Shown piece after piece: positions 27,268 through 38,300 of a stretch of 64,000 bases of DNA (position 1 is the stretch's first letter; each line of letters starts with the position of its first letter). The stretch is from positions 1,037-65,036 of the forward strand of contig DATNPT010000475.1 of NCBI GenBank assembly GCA_036703075.1. Direction: 5' to 3'. This stretch comes from Chroococcales cyanobacterium. Its GTDB lineage: Bacteria; Cyanobacteriota; Cyanobacteriia; Cyanobacteriales; Coleofasciculaceae. The position numbers were made by a program, and so were the translations under genes. Below the pieces are notes generated by a model. The model was given only the letters and a program-made list of their open reading frames with translations. It was not told the DNA's origin and searched no databases.

Positions 27268-28269
27268 CTACTGCGAGGACGCTGTCTCCTGTAGATTACC
27301 CAAGTTAAAGAGGAAGGGAACAGTACTCTTAGAGTCACTCCCCATGACAAGAACTTTTGGCATCTGAGCGCCTCCTTGTCTCCACGCTTCTATGGCCTCT
27401 TTCTGAAGCACCAATTGACCCCCTTGCGCCCTCAGCGTTTCAGCTAAAAGTCTTTGCGCTTCCGCTTTTCCCTTGGCGCGATTGACTTCTGCCTGGGCTT
27501 GTTGCTCGGCTTCCTGTGCTATGTACACCGCTCTTTGCGCCCGTTGTTCGGCAATTTGTTTATCCTCAACAGCTTTAGAAAACTCTGGAGAAAATGTGAG
27601 GTCTACTACACTGGTATCCAACACGAGAATTCCGTACTTTTCTAAGCGTTCGCCTAAAGCTGTATCAAAGTCTTGTTTGAGTTCGCTCCGTTTAGTAATC
27701 GCTTCTTCAACCGTTCTTCTCGCCGCGGCAATTTTAAACGATTCCTGCGTCTGAGGCGCAATAATTTTCGAGACGATATTCTGTAAAGTACCCTGTTTGC
27801 GTCTGATCTCAACCACCTGTGTTGGATCGAGACGAAAGTTGATCGCAAAGCTTGCCGACAAATCTTGCAAATCTCTAGTAGAACTCTGCGCCGGGACTTC
27901 AAACTTTTGCACGGTTACATCATAGATGTCTACGGTTGAGATTAGGGGCGGTTTGAGATGAATCCCTTCTAACAAAGCTCCATCTTTGGCTTTACCCAAA
28001 ATACTCAACACTCCAGCTTGTCCTGGGTTGATAATGACAAACGAACTAAAGCTAAGGAGAATAAGGGCTGCCGCTACAATCCCCCCAACTACAGCTTGCC
28101 AATTCTGTGAATTCTGATACTTCAAGTTCTCCTCTCCTTGCACAAAGCCACTGGGGACTACTTCTAGCCTACTAATGACCCATGTTAGTACCGATTTACT
28201 AGTGCTTGGAGTGACCTTGACCGATTTAGGCTTAGCATCTGTTGGAGTTGTCTCTGACCCTCGCCTCAC
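27268..28269 (-). CDS. SPFH/band-7 (prohibitin-like) membrane protein
   Basis: 333 aa. It has a TM helix, an SPFH core (INPGQAGVLSILGKA...VDIYDVTVQKFEV) and a C-terminal coiled coil (AEQRAQRAVYIAQEAEQQAQAEVNRAKGKAEAQRL). It abuts the upstream 74-aa ORF. Confidence 0.8.
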   Translation of the reverse strand: MRRGSETTPTDAKPKSVKVTPSTSKSVLTWVISRLEVVPSGFVQGEENLKYQNSQNWQAVVGGIVAAALILLSFSSFVIINPGQAGVLSILGKAKDGALLEGIHLKPPLISTVDIYDVTVQKFEVPAQSSTRDLQDLSASFAINFRLDPTQVVEIRRKQGTLQNIVSKIIAPQTQESFKIAAARRTVEEAITKRSELKQDFDTALGERLEKYGILVLDTSVVDLTFSPEFSKAVEDKQIAEQRAQRAVYIAQEAEQQAQAEVNRAKGKAEAQRLLAETLRAQGGQLVLQKEAIEAWRQGGAQMPKVLVMGSDSKSTVPFLFNLGNLQETASSQ

Positions 28270-28494
28270 CTAGACATATTCAAGCTGTCGTGCCTGAGCC
28301 AGATCGCGAACTAGGGGTAGCCTGGAGCGAATGTAGACGGTGATCGTATCGATCTGGTCACTGTTGAGCGAATATTGCTGTCTGAGTCGATCGATCAACT
28401 GTTCCACCAACTTAGTATCGTCGAGTGCCATTAAAGTTACGGTCTGAGTCGCTTCTACCACAGACCAAAACTGGCGTAGTATTGAGTAATTCAT
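28270..28494 (-). CDS. hypothetical small protein, contiguous with the SPFH gene
   Basis: 74-aa ORF. Its stop codon is immediately followed by the GTG start of the SPFH gene, which suggests translational coupling. Confidence 0.4.
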   Translation of the reverse strand: MNYSILRQFWSVVEATQTVTLMALDDTKLVEQLIDRLRQQYSLNSDQIDTITVYIRSRLPLVRDLAQARQLEYV

Positions 28495-28696
28495 GGCTTC
28501 ACTCCAAGATTGGTGTTTTGTTTGAGGAATTTAAGGATTTCTTTAGATTCCCTTGCGCCTAGCATAGGGCTAGGTTGTGGCTAATAGACATCTGCTTTGC
28601 AAAACGCTAAAAAAGTCATTAAATCTCAAGAAATTGTTAAGCTTTGTCTAGAAGGCGGAAGTCTTCATAAAAGCCGGACTGCTTTGACCAAGGGGG

Positions 28697-29476
28697 TTAA
28701 GGCAATTGCAACTGAGCTTGTGCGTTGAAGAATTGGCGTGTCAGTCCTTGAGTAACAAAAACTGTTGTGATGAGGCACGTAAAGGCAAGCATGAACATGA
28801 TTAGTATTTGGTAAGACGCCGCATTCAGGGGGTCAATGCCACTGAGCAATTGACCTGTGATGATTCCCGGCAGCGTAACGACACCTACGACCATCATCTG
28901 GTTGAGGGTGGGAATGAGTCCGGCACGCACTGCATCTTTGCGGTAAGCGGCTACGGATTGCTCTGGCGTTGCACCTAAGCTGAGATGGGTTTCGATTTCG
29001 AGACGGCTACTGTTAATTGTGCTGACAAGGCGTTCGCCTGCGATCGCAGCACCGTTCATGGCATTTCCGAGTACAATACCTGCCAAGGGAATGAGATACT
29101 GCGGCTCATACCAAGTTTTAGGCTGAATAATCAACACATTGGTGTAACACAACGTCAGTGCGGTACTAAAGAACATCGCACCCAGTACGATGGGTATCAC
29201 TCTAGGAACTTTTTTGCTAATTCGGTTACGAGCCGTGATCGTGGCAATTGTCAGCATCACCAGCAAGACGCCGAGAACAGCAAAGGGATTTTTTAAGGCA
29301 AAAATCACAGCGAGCAGATATCCGACAACTAAAAGCTGGAGGACTGTTCGCCCTGTTGCGATCGCAAGTTGAAATTCCAGTCCCAACTTTTGCCAAGCCG
29401 ATACGCCAATTGCGATCGCCATCAGACCCAATGCCCAGACCAAGTCGGTCAGGTCAAGCTCGATTAAAGAATTCAC
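28697..29476 (-). CDS. UPF0014/FetB-like ABC transporter permease
   Basis: 259-aa polytopic protein. Its N-terminus (LDLTDLVWALGLMAIAIGVSAWQKLGLE..GRTVLQLLVVGYLL) resembles the YbbM/FetB family. No ATPase gene is adjacent. Confidence 0.65.
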   Translation of the reverse strand: MNSLIELDLTDLVWALGLMAIAIGVSAWQKLGLEFQLAIATGRTVLQLLVVGYLLAVIFALKNPFAVLGVLLVMLTIATITARNRISKKVPRVIPIVLGAMFFSTALTLCYTNVLIIQPKTWYEPQYLIPLAGIVLGNAMNGAAIAGERLVSTINSSRLEIETHLSLGATPEQSVAAYRKDAVRAGLIPTLNQMMVVGVVTLPGIITGQLLSGIDPLNAASYQILIMFMLAFTCLITTVFVTQGLTRQFFNAQAQLQLP

Positions 29477-29737
29477 CTCTAGCAGACTCTACTCGCGCGC
29501 GTCGTTGACTATTTTGTCAGATTCTTGAGCGATCGCGTTACCATTTGGTACCTTCAACCAGAAGGGAAGAGAGCTGCTGCGATCGCCTAAATCTACCACC
29601 CCCTCTTCTTTCACTTGCCAGCGCCTGAAACAATTTAAGAACTTTATTATTCTGTAGAAATAAGGTAATGGGGACGCCTGGATTCCCTTTTGCAGGAAAA
29701 TTTGGTTTATTTAAGTAAAAATTCTAGGTGTAAGCGA

Positions 29738-30871
29738 GTGAATAACATTCCCCCTATTGACCTGAAGCGGCAGTACAAAACGATAGGTGAACAAGTGAGC
29801 GCTGCTGTTCAGGACGTTTTGACCTCCGGATGTTATATCGGCGGTTCAACAGTCGAAAACTTCGAGCAGCAGTTCGCTGCTTACACAGGTACTCTTGAAT
29901 GCGTGGCTTGCAACTCCGGTACTGACGCTCTTTATTTGGCCCTGCGAGCGTTACAGATCGGACCTGGAGATGAGGTCATTACAACTCCTTTTACCTTTTT
30001 TGCCACCGCTGAAGTGATTACAGCCGTTGGTGCAAAGCCAGTTTTTGTTGACATTGATGCCCAGACGTTCAATCTTGATGTCGATCGCATTGCCGCCGCG
30101 ATTACGGATAAAACAAAAGCGATAATGCCAGTTCACCTGTTCGGGCAGCCGGTGAATATGAGCGCCATCATGGAGCTAGCGCAAGCTCATGCTCTTGCCG
30201 TCATTGAAGACTGCGCTCAAGCAACGGGTGCCGAATGGGCGGGACAAAAAGTAGGTAGCATCGGGCATATTGGCTGTTTTAGTTTCTATCCCACCAAAAA
30301 CCTCGGTGCTTGCGGCGATGGCGGCGCTGTCACAACTAACGATCCAGCAATCGCTGCCTCAATTCGCATGCTGCGAGACCATGGTACGAGTCGTAACCGC
30401 TATCATCACGAAGCTATTGGCATGAACAGCCGCTTAGACGCGATACAAGCGGCTATCCTGCAAATTAAGCTAGGTTATCTGGATCGGTGGAATGAAGCAC
30501 GTCGGGGGGTTGCTGCAAGTTATCACGAGCTACTAGAACCCGTGCCTGGGATCGTCATTCCCCAAGAAATCGCTGGAGGACGAGCAGTCTGGAATCAGTA
30601 CACCATTCGCTTGACCCAAGATAGCAGCAGCGATCGCGATCGGGACGAGGTACGCAGCCAACTCCGGTCGTTGGGTATCATTTCCATGGTTTACTACCCA
30701 CTCCCCTTGCACTTGCAGCCAGTCTACAAGGATTTAGGCTACCAACCCGGTCAGTTGCCAGTCAGCGAGCAAGCCTGCAACGAGGTGTTGTCTTTACCCA
30801 TGTTCCCAGAGCTTGCCTTCGAGGAACAGCAACAGGTTGTTTATGGATTGAAGGATTGCCTGAGTTGTTAG
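29738..30871 (+). CDS. DegT/DnrJ/EryC1/StrS family aminotransferase
   Basis: It has IPPIDLKRQY, FE..FA.Y.G....VACNSGTDALYLAL and FYPTKNLGACGDGGAV (the PLP lysine region). I prefer the GTG at 29738 over the TTG at 29690. Confidence 0.85.
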   Translation: MNNIPPIDLKRQYKTIGEQVSAAVQDVLTSGCYIGGSTVENFEQQFAAYTGTLECVACNSGTDALYLALRALQIGPGDEVITTPFTFFATAEVITAVGAKPVFVDIDAQTFNLDVDRIAAAITDKTKAIMPVHLFGQPVNMSAIMELAQAHALAVIEDCAQATGAEWAGQKVGSIGHIGCFSFYPTKNLGACGDGGAVTTNDPAIAASIRMLRDHGTSRNRYHHEAIGMNSRLDAIQAAILQIKLGYLDRWNEARRGVAASYHELLEPVPGIVIPQEIAGGRAVWNQYTIRLTQDSSSDRDRDEVRSQLRSLGIISMVYYPLPLHLQPVYKDLGYQPGQLPVSEQACNEVLSLPMFPELAFEEQQQVVYGLKDCLSC

Positions 30872-30877
30872 TTTTTT

Positions 30878-30922
30878 GTTGTTGGTTGTTAGTTAATTGC
30901 CAATTGACTAACAACCAACAAC
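30878..30922. repeat. near-perfect 22-bp inverted repeat between the convergent degT-like and ycf23 genes
   Basis: gttgttggttgttagttaattg pairs with caattgactaacaaccaacaac with one G-U pair. No T tract follows on either strand. Confidence 0.7.
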
Positions 30923-30943
30923 GAATCACCACTAACGAAACTG

Positions 30944-31687
30944 TTAGACGCGAACGCGCAGAGCGTTGACCGTTGCCAAGGCTTCAACCAAGCTGCGGAC
31001 AGCGGCTACCATGGCGACTTCGTTGTTCAACTGATTGATCGCAGAACCAACACCAACACCCGCTGCACCAGCAGCAATTGCCATTGGTACGGTTACGCTC
31101 GATAACCCGGATGCACACAGCACGGGTACGGGTACGGCACGAGAAATCTCGGAAGCTGCCGCTAAGGTTGGAGCGGCTTTTTCAACTAAGCCCAGCGTAC
31201 CGGCCGAGTGAGGCGTGCTACTAGTTCCCCCTTCGGTTTGGATGATGTCAGCACCGGCTTGAACCAATTCTTCTGCCAATTGCACTTGCCGATCGAGTGT
31301 CAGGATGTGGGGGACGGTGACAGACAGGGTAATCTCTGGCAGCAGCGATCGCGTTTCTTGCGTCAACGCTAACACTTCTTCGGCCTCAAACCGGCGTCCT
31401 TGAGCGTAAAAGCTATCGAAGTTGCCGATTTCGATCAGATCGGCACCTGCTGCAACAGACGTCACAAACTTGTGAGGTTCCACAGCAGATACACAAATCG
31501 GTAGATTCGTCAAGTCGCGCACCATCCGCACTAAATCTGGGTCAGCAGCAATATCCACGAAGGTTGCACCGCCTCGCTCGGCTGCCTTGACGGTTGCGGC
31601 AACGCGTTCAGCGTCAAAGTTATTCAAGCCGCTAATAACTTTTAGGATGGGGCCTTTGTCAAATGCTTTCTGGAGTGTAGGATGCAT
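30944..31687 (-). CDS. ycf23: DUF561 / Ycf23-like TIM-barrel protein
   Basis: 247 aa. LKVISGLNNFDAERVAATVKAAERGGATFVDIAADP is typical of cyanobacterial and plastid Ycf23. Confidence 0.75.
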   Translation of the reverse strand: MHPTLQKAFDKGPILKVISGLNNFDAERVAATVKAAERGGATFVDIAADPDLVRMVRDLTNLPICVSAVEPHKFVTSVAAGADLIEIGNFDSFYAQGRRFEAEEVLALTQETRSLLPEITLSVTVPHILTLDRQVQLAEELVQAGADIIQTEGGTSSTPHSAGTLGLVEKAAPTLAAASEISRAVPVPVLCASGLSSVTVPMAIAAGAAGVGVGSAINQLNNEVAMVAAVRSLVEALATVNALRVRV

Positions 31688-31831
31688 AAGTTAGATCGAC
31701 TCTTGTGCCTAATGTATTGATTTAGCTCTTGTTGATGTTGATTCTGACCTAAGAGCTTGGACGAAAGGCAAGGTTTGTGCCTAGACTAAAAGCATACCGG
31801 AGATCCCGTCTCATCCTGACCTTGAAGATTC

Positions 31832-32938
31832 ATGAATTTTCAACCCGGAAATTTATCATCCTTTCACTCTGATGTCTTGCAACAAACTCAATTAGGTCAG
31901 TTATGTGGGCAGGATAAACTGTTTCGCAATCGCTATGAAGTGGCACGGATGATTGGTCGAGGCGGTTTCGGGGTCACGTTTCTGGCAAGAGATGTCACTT
32001 TGCCAGGTTCACCGATGTGCGTGATCAAGCAACTGTGTCCCAAAGTCAGCGAACTGCCATCGTTGGAAAATGCTCGCAGGCGTTTTGAACGAGAAGCGAA
32101 AACCCTAGCTAAGCTGGGTAGCCACTCTCAAATTCCCATGTTGCTCGATTATTTTGTCGAGGAGGAAGAATTTTATCTAGTACAGGAATACATCCGTGGC
32201 GCAACATTGGCTCGTTGGGTGCGGCGCTATGGATGTATGTCGGAAGCCTCAGTCAAACGGTTCTTGCGGGAAATGCTACCGCTATTGCAGTACATCCACA
32301 ATCAGCAGGTTATCCATCGGGACATCAAACCGCAAAATATTATTCGCTGCCAAGATGATGGCAGGCTAGTACTAATTGACTTTGGAGCTGTTAAAGAGCT
32401 AATCGCTCAGGTGGGAGATACCACGACCAAAGCACCAACAACCCATTTTATCGGGACTGTCGGCTTTGCCCCGCCAGAGCAATTTTCTCTGCGCCCCGTC
32501 TTTGCTAGCGATATTTTTTCCTTGGGTGTGACTTGTTTGTATCTATTAACGGGAAAGGCTCCTCTCGATTTTGATAGCGATCGCCACACGGGTGAATTAT
32601 TGTGGCAAAATTCCGTACAGGTGAGCCAACCGTTCGCGAAGATTTTGAGTAAAATGCTCAAAATTTCTCTACAAGACCGTTACCAATCTGCTACGGCAAT
32701 CCTACGGGCATTGGCTCAAGAGTCGAGGGATGATAGTCTGTCCGGGTGTCTGATTTTTCGCACTCAACCGGAGCCTCAAGCGCCAATCGAACCGGATAGC
32801 CTAGCCCAGCAACGTCATTCTCCTGCGGCTAAAGTTGCGATCGCAATTCGAGATTGGAAGTATCGCATGCAAGAACGAGAGCGTCAGCGTCAAAAAGATA
32901 GAATTGCGAACCTCCTGAGTGAATCGAAAAAACCTTGA
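31832..32938 (+). CDS. Ser/Thr protein kinase
   Basis: Hanks kinase motifs are present (GRGGFGVTF, VIKQL, HRDIKPQNII, DFGAVK, APPE). The C-terminal tail is short and low-complexity. Confidence 0.85.
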   Translation: MNFQPGNLSSFHSDVLQQTQLGQLCGQDKLFRNRYEVARMIGRGGFGVTFLARDVTLPGSPMCVIKQLCPKVSELPSLENARRRFEREAKTLAKLGSHSQIPMLLDYFVEEEEFYLVQEYIRGATLARWVRRYGCMSEASVKRFLREMLPLLQYIHNQQVIHRDIKPQNIIRCQDDGRLVLIDFGAVKELIAQVGDTTTKAPTTHFIGTVGFAPPEQFSLRPVFASDIFSLGVTCLYLLTGKAPLDFDSDRHTGELLWQNSVQVSQPFAKILSKMLKISLQDRYQSATAILRALAQESRDDSLSGCLIFRTQPEPQAPIEPDSLAQQRHSPAAKVAIAIRDWKYRMQERERQRQKDRIANLLSESKKP

Positions 32939-32967
32939 GCCTACATGGTGCGCCCTAAAGGAAAACA

Positions 32968-34920
32968 CTATAGATTTTCTGGGAATGGGGAATTGGGAAT
33001 GGGGGGTTCATTGTAGGAATAACTACTCAACACTCCGCTCAAAGTTTGTAATAATTCCTCAGCCGTGAAGGGCTTCGACAAAAAGGCTTGTACGCCAGTT
33101 CCCATAGCGACGTTCACCCTATCGCTCAGGGCTAGCCCGCTAATGGCAATAATTTTGAGCTGAGAGTTCATTTTTTGTAACATCTGGATAGTGGTTAAAC
33201 CATCCATCGTAGGCATCATCATGTCAATTAATACAGCACTAATTTGCTGTTTGTGCTGTGCGTACAATGCGATCGCCTCTACTCCATCACTAGCCGTTAG
33301 CACTTGGTAATGATAAGTTTCTAGGGACGTTTGTACAATATTGCGAATTGCTATTTCATCATCTACGAGCAGAATCATCTCTCCATTTCCGCTCGGCAGT
33401 TTAATTTCTCTAACAAATGGTGTCTGTATCTCTTCTAAGGCTGGCAAGTATACCTTAAATGCAGTCCCTTGTCCTGGCTCGCTGTAGACATTAACAAACC
33501 CGCTATGACTTTTAATAATACCAAGCACTGTAGAAAGTCCCAACCCAGTTCCCTTCCCCAATTCTTTGGTAGTAAAAAATGGCTCAAAAATTCGCTCTAA
33601 GATTTCGGGGGGAATGCCAGTTCCCGTATCGGAAACTGTAATTGCAATATAATGCCCGACTTTGGCATCGACGTTCATCCGAGAATAGTTTTCATCAATG
33701 ACAAGATTCTTCGCTGAGATGTTCAAAATACCTCCATCAGGCATTGCATCGCGAGCATTGATGCAAAGATTCATGAGTACCTGATGGAGTTGAGTCGCAT
33801 CTGCAGAAACCGTCCACAAATCTTGCGGGACATCCGTATAAACGTTAATAGCTTTGGCAAATGTTTCTCTCGCAATTTGCCTGATTTCTCCGATCAAATG
33901 TCTAACTTGCACGAGCGTGCGTTCGCCTTCAATGCCCCGAGTAAATGAAACAACTTGCTTGACTAACTCCGCACCTCGCTTGGCGTTATTTTCTAGGATT
34001 TTCAACCACTGCTTACCCTGCTCCTCTTTGAGCTTAAGAGCTAACAATTGAACTGTCATCAAGATGGGGGTAAGTACGTTGTTGAGGTCGTGAGCAATGC
34101 CACCGGCAAGAGTGCCAATACTCTCCATTCGTTGAGCGCGAAGAAACTGAGATTCGAGGCGTTTTTTCTCAGTAATATCGGTATTAACAATTAAGATTGA
34201 CCTGGGCTTTCCCTCATCCTGTTGTACCAATGTCCAACGACTTTCGACAATGATTTTTTTCCCGTCTTTTCCAATCTGGTGTAACTCACCATACCAGTTT
34301 CCCTTCACAGTGACGGCGATTTGAATGTCCTGGAGGCGAGGCGAACTTTCTGCTGGATACAACAGCATATTGGCATTTTTACCTAGGACTTCTTCTGCTT
34401 GCCAGCCATAAATCTGTTGAGCCGCTTTATTCCAAAATGCAACTTGACCGTCTAGATTCTGCACCAAAATGGCATCGGTGGCGACATCGAGGAGAGCCGC
34501 TTGTTCGCGGATTTTCTGCTCGGCTCGATGGCGCTCTAAGGCATAACGAATCGATCGCTCTAAAAGTGGAGCTTTTAGTTGGCTTTTATCCAGGTAATCT
34601 GCCGCACCCGCTTTCATCGCTGCGAGATCGATCGCGCGATCGCCTCGCCCGGTGAGTAAAATAATGGGTACTCTGCAACCGTTTGCGATCGCTTGTTCCA
34701 AAAGCTCCAGTCCGTTGCGTTCCCCCAAACGGTAGTCGAGCAGATAAATATCATGACGATTTTGACGCATCACCTCTAATGCCGCGTCGTACTGGAATAC
34801 CCATTCCAGTTCAAATTGAGTTTCCTGGCTTTGGGCGAGTAAATCGCGAGTCAGGATATAGTCATCTTCATCATCATCAACCAGCAAGGCTCTAACTGAG
34901 CGGTTGTCCATTGCCATCAC
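32968..34920 (-). CDS. hybrid sensor kinase REC-PAS-HisKA-HATPase-REC
   Basis: 650 aa. It has an N-terminal receiver, PAS, the H-box LAGGIAHDLNNVLTPI, an HATPase core (NLCINARDAM, DTGTGI, GTGLGLSTV) and a C-terminal receiver. Confidence 0.85.
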   Translation of the reverse strand: MMAMDNRSVRALLVDDDEDDYILTRDLLAQSQETQFELEWVFQYDAALEVMRQNRHDIYLLDYRLGERNGLELLEQAIANGCRVPIILLTGRGDRAIDLAAMKAGAADYLDKSQLKAPLLERSIRYALERHRAEQKIREQAALLDVATDAILVQNLDGQVAFWNKAAQQIYGWQAEEVLGKNANMLLYPAESSPRLQDIQIAVTVKGNWYGELHQIGKDGKKIIVESRWTLVQQDEGKPRSILIVNTDITEKKRLESQFLRAQRMESIGTLAGGIAHDLNNVLTPILMTVQLLALKLKEEQGKQWLKILENNAKRGAELVKQVVSFTRGIEGERTLVQVRHLIGEIRQIARETFAKAINVYTDVPQDLWTVSADATQLHQVLMNLCINARDAMPDGGILNISAKNLVIDENYSRMNVDAKVGHYIAITVSDTGTGIPPEILERIFEPFFTTKELGKGTGLGLSTVLGIIKSHSGFVNVYSEPGQGTAFKVYLPALEEIQTPFVREIKLPSGNGEMILLVDDEIAIRNIVQTSLETYHYQVLTASDGVEAIALYAQHKQQISAVLIDMMMPTMDGLTTIQMLQKMNSQLKIIAISGLALSDRVNVAMGTGVQAFLSKPFTAEELLQTLSGVLSSYSYNEPPIPNSPFPENL

Positions 34921-34928
34921 CGCCTTTT

Positions 34929-35390
34929 TTAATCGCGCACCTCTTCGGGTGGTAGTTCGACAATTTCAAACCAGTACTTTCCCAACGTTCGCATTACCTC
35001 AATCAAGGAGCTAAAGGTCACAGGCTTAGTAATAAATGAGTTCGCTCCCAAGTCATAGCTGCGGTGGATATCTTCCTCGGCTTGGGAGGTTGTCAGCACT
35101 AAAACTGGAATTTGTCGCAAATGAGGATCGGCTTTGATCTCCTTGAGCACCTCGCGACCATCTTTTTTTGGCATGTTTAGATCGAGCAAGATTAATCCGG
35201 GACGCGGCGAACTCTCTGGTGCAGCATATTTGCCACGATGGTAGAGATAATCCATCAGTTCCTCGCCATCGTTGACGAAGTAAAGCTCATTAGCCAAGCG
35301 ACTTTCGGCTAGCGCTTCTCTGGCTAACATACAGTCGTCTGGATCGTCATCAGCAATTAAAATCGTCACAGGATGTCGGCGTCCTTTCAC
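34929..35390 (-). CDS. single-domain response regulator (CheY/Rcp1-like)
   Basis: 153 aa, receiver domain only, clearly paralogous to 6291..6743 (LLDLNMPKKDG, VLVLTTS, GANSFITKPVTF). It overlaps the upstream kinase gene by 4 nt. Confidence 0.85.
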   Translation of the reverse strand: MKGRRHPVTILIADDDPDDCMLAREALAESRLANELYFVNDGEELMDYLYHRGKYAAPESSPRPGLILLDLNMPKKDGREVLKEIKADPHLRQIPVLVLTTSQAEEDIHRSYDLGANSFITKPVTFSSLIEVMRTLGKYWFEIVELPPEEVRD

Positions 35391-38300
35391 TCGGCAAGGT
35401 CTCCTTGAGGTTGTTGCATTGGCAGCATGACAATAAAGGTTGCTCCTTGCTGTGGCGCACTATTTGCCGTGATGCTGCCGTTGTGGCGTTCGACAATCTT
35501 ACGGCAGATTGCCAAACCCATACCCGTTCCTTCGTATTCGCTACGACCATGTAGTCGCTGAAATGCATTGAAGATACGGCTGGTGTACTTTTCATCAAAC
35601 CCAATTCCGTTGTCTTCAACCCAAAGTTGACAATGCAGGTGGGGAGTCACCCCCTTCGAGCGCTTTTGGGAGTCCTCCAGCAAGCAGCTATAAATTTTGA
35701 TAACTGGTGGCTCGTCTTCTCGGTGAAATTTCAGTGCGTTCCCGATCAAGTTTTGGAGTAACTGACGCATTTGCACGGGATCGGCTTCAACGATGGGAAG
35801 TTCACCAATTTCTATCCGTGCGCCGGTTTGTTGGATGCGAACTTCTAAATCGGAGAGTACCTCTTGCACGACGCGATTGAGCGGGATTGGTACAAACGGT
35901 TGCGCTCTAGTCGTCACCCGAGACAGAGTTAGTAAATCGTTAATTAATGCCTGCATGCGACCGGCGGCATTCTGCATCCGTTCTAAATAATCGCGCCCTT
36001 GCTCTGTCAGTACGTCTCCATATTTAGTATTTAAGCGATCGCCAAACGCTTGAATCTTACGCAACGGTTCTTGCAGATCGTGGGACGCAACATAAGCAAA
36101 CTCTTGCAACTCAGCATTAGAACGAGCCAGTCCCTGAGAATAGCGAGTTTCCCGCTCCAATAGCTGTGCCTGAGCTAGGGCAATCCCGAGTTGATCGGAT
36201 AGCTGTTGCAACAGTTCGGTTTCAAAGTCACTCCACTGTCGAGTACTCGTACAGTGATGGGCAATTAACAACCCCCAAAGTTGCTGATTTTGTAAGACGG
36301 GCACTACCAACTTCGCCTTAACTTGCCAAGGCTTGAGAAAGTCAAGCATGCAGGGAGCGATCTCACCATAGGCTTGTTCCACGTCCGCGATCGCTCGCAC
36401 TCGCCCCTGCCGATAAAGCTCCTGGTATTCTAAAGGAAAGGTTTCTTCCGGAAACTCCATGCCGAGAATCGCCGGCCATTGCGGTCGAACCGCTTCAGTG
36501 ACGGTGCGACCTATGCCATTGGGCAAAACGCGATAGAGCAGGACGCGATCGCAGTCGAGAATTTTTTGCACTTCCGTCACCGTCGTCTGCAAAATCTCGT
36601 CGAGTTGTAAGGATTGACGGATTTTGAGCGCGATTTCAGCAAACAGTTGCGATCGCCGATGCTGACGCTGTAACTCTGCTGCTGAGTGCTTCTGCTGCGT
36701 GATGTCGCTGCCAATGCTGAGAAACCCAATGATCTTACCGTCTAGGTCGCGCAGTGCTGTGACTGAAAGTAAGACAGGGAAGCGCGAACCATCTTTACGG
36801 ATGTACGTCCATTCCCGCTCATCCGTTTCTCCCAATCGTGCTTTGGCTACAAATACCTCAAAACTGGGAGCGATCGCAACTCCTAGTTCCTGAGTTAGGT
36901 CTCCGGCACGTTGCTCGACCTCGTCGCGATCGTGGATGATGATGGGCGTGGCTTTACCGACTACTTCTTCGGCAGTGTAACCCAATAGACGTTCAGCTGT
37001 GGCATTGAATGTCCAGATCCTGCCCTCGGCAGTCGTAGAAATGATGGTATAGTTAGCGCTATCGAGAATAGCCCGTTGTAATACACTCGTCTGGAGCAGT
37101 TTTTCTGCCGCCCGTTTGCGCTCGTTGATGTCCTCAAAGTAGACCGATAAGCCCTCCTCTGATGGGTAAGCATGAACGGAGAACCAAGTCGCGAGTGGAG
37201 CATAGAACGCTTCAAACTCGACGCTGACCTGTTGGGCGACGGCTTGTTGATATTTCTCGTAGAACGTAGAACCCTCCACGTCTGAAAACTCATCCCATAT
37301 GCATTTACCCAGGAGTTCTTCTCGTTGTCTTTGCAACAACGTCTCGGCTTGTTTGTTGAGATAGGTGAATCTCCACTCCCGATTGAGAGCAAAGAATGCA
37401 TCTGTAATACTCTCTAGAATACTCGTAATTCGGCGTCGTGCGGCTTCACTTTCTTGCCGTGCCGCTTGCTCTCGCTGCAAAAGGTGTAAGCGCTCTTGCT
37501 CGGCTTGCTTGAGGACTGTGATATCGCGTGCGATAGCATAAACTAAACCTTCTTCCGGGTTGGGAAATGCCGTCCATGCCAGCCACTTATACGAACCATC
37601 TTTACAGCGATAGCGATTCTCAAAATAGATGGTTGGAGTGCCTTCGGCTAGCGTTTTCACTTCCTTCAGGGTTGCCGCTTTGTCTTCGGGGTGAACGAAA
37701 TCAACGAAGGGTTGAGCTGAAAGTTCGTCGTGGCTGTAGCCTAGAGTGCTTTCCCAGGCTAGGTTCAAGCGTTTGAAATAGCCGTCCAAACCCGCGATAC
37801 ACAGCATATCAAGCGACAGGTTGAAGAATCGCTGTGCTGACGTTCGTAGGGCATCGCGTTCGTCTTGGGCGTGCTTGCGAGCGGAGACATCGGTCTGTAT
37901 TCCGATAAAGTAGAGTAATTTCTCCTCTTGCGAGAACACGGGTGAGATTTTTATCTGGTTCCAAAACGGCTGACCATCTTTGCGATAGTTCAGTAGTGTG
38001 GCTTCCACCTCTCGTCGCTCGGCAATCGCTTGATGGATTTGAGCGAGAGCTTGAGGGTCTGTATCCTGTCCTTGCAAGCAACGGCAGTTACGACCCATTA
38101 CCTCATCAGGACTGTAGCCGCTCAGTTTGGAGAACGCTGGATTGGAGTAGATGATGGGGTTATCCGGCTGGTTCGGATCGGTAATTAAAATCCCCTCTGC
38201 TGCCCAATCGACTGCCTGTGCCAATTGCAAGCGCTCGACGACAACTTTCCGCACGACCTCCTCATGCCGCTTGCGCTCAGCAATGTCAGCCATGCGTTGC

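Noticed and set aside
28697-29476. FetB-like permease without an adjacent ATPase, considered as a sign of a broken operon
   Set aside because: The ORF is intact and flanked by normal intergenic regions. The partner ATPase may simply be unlinked, and this cannot be judged from one window.
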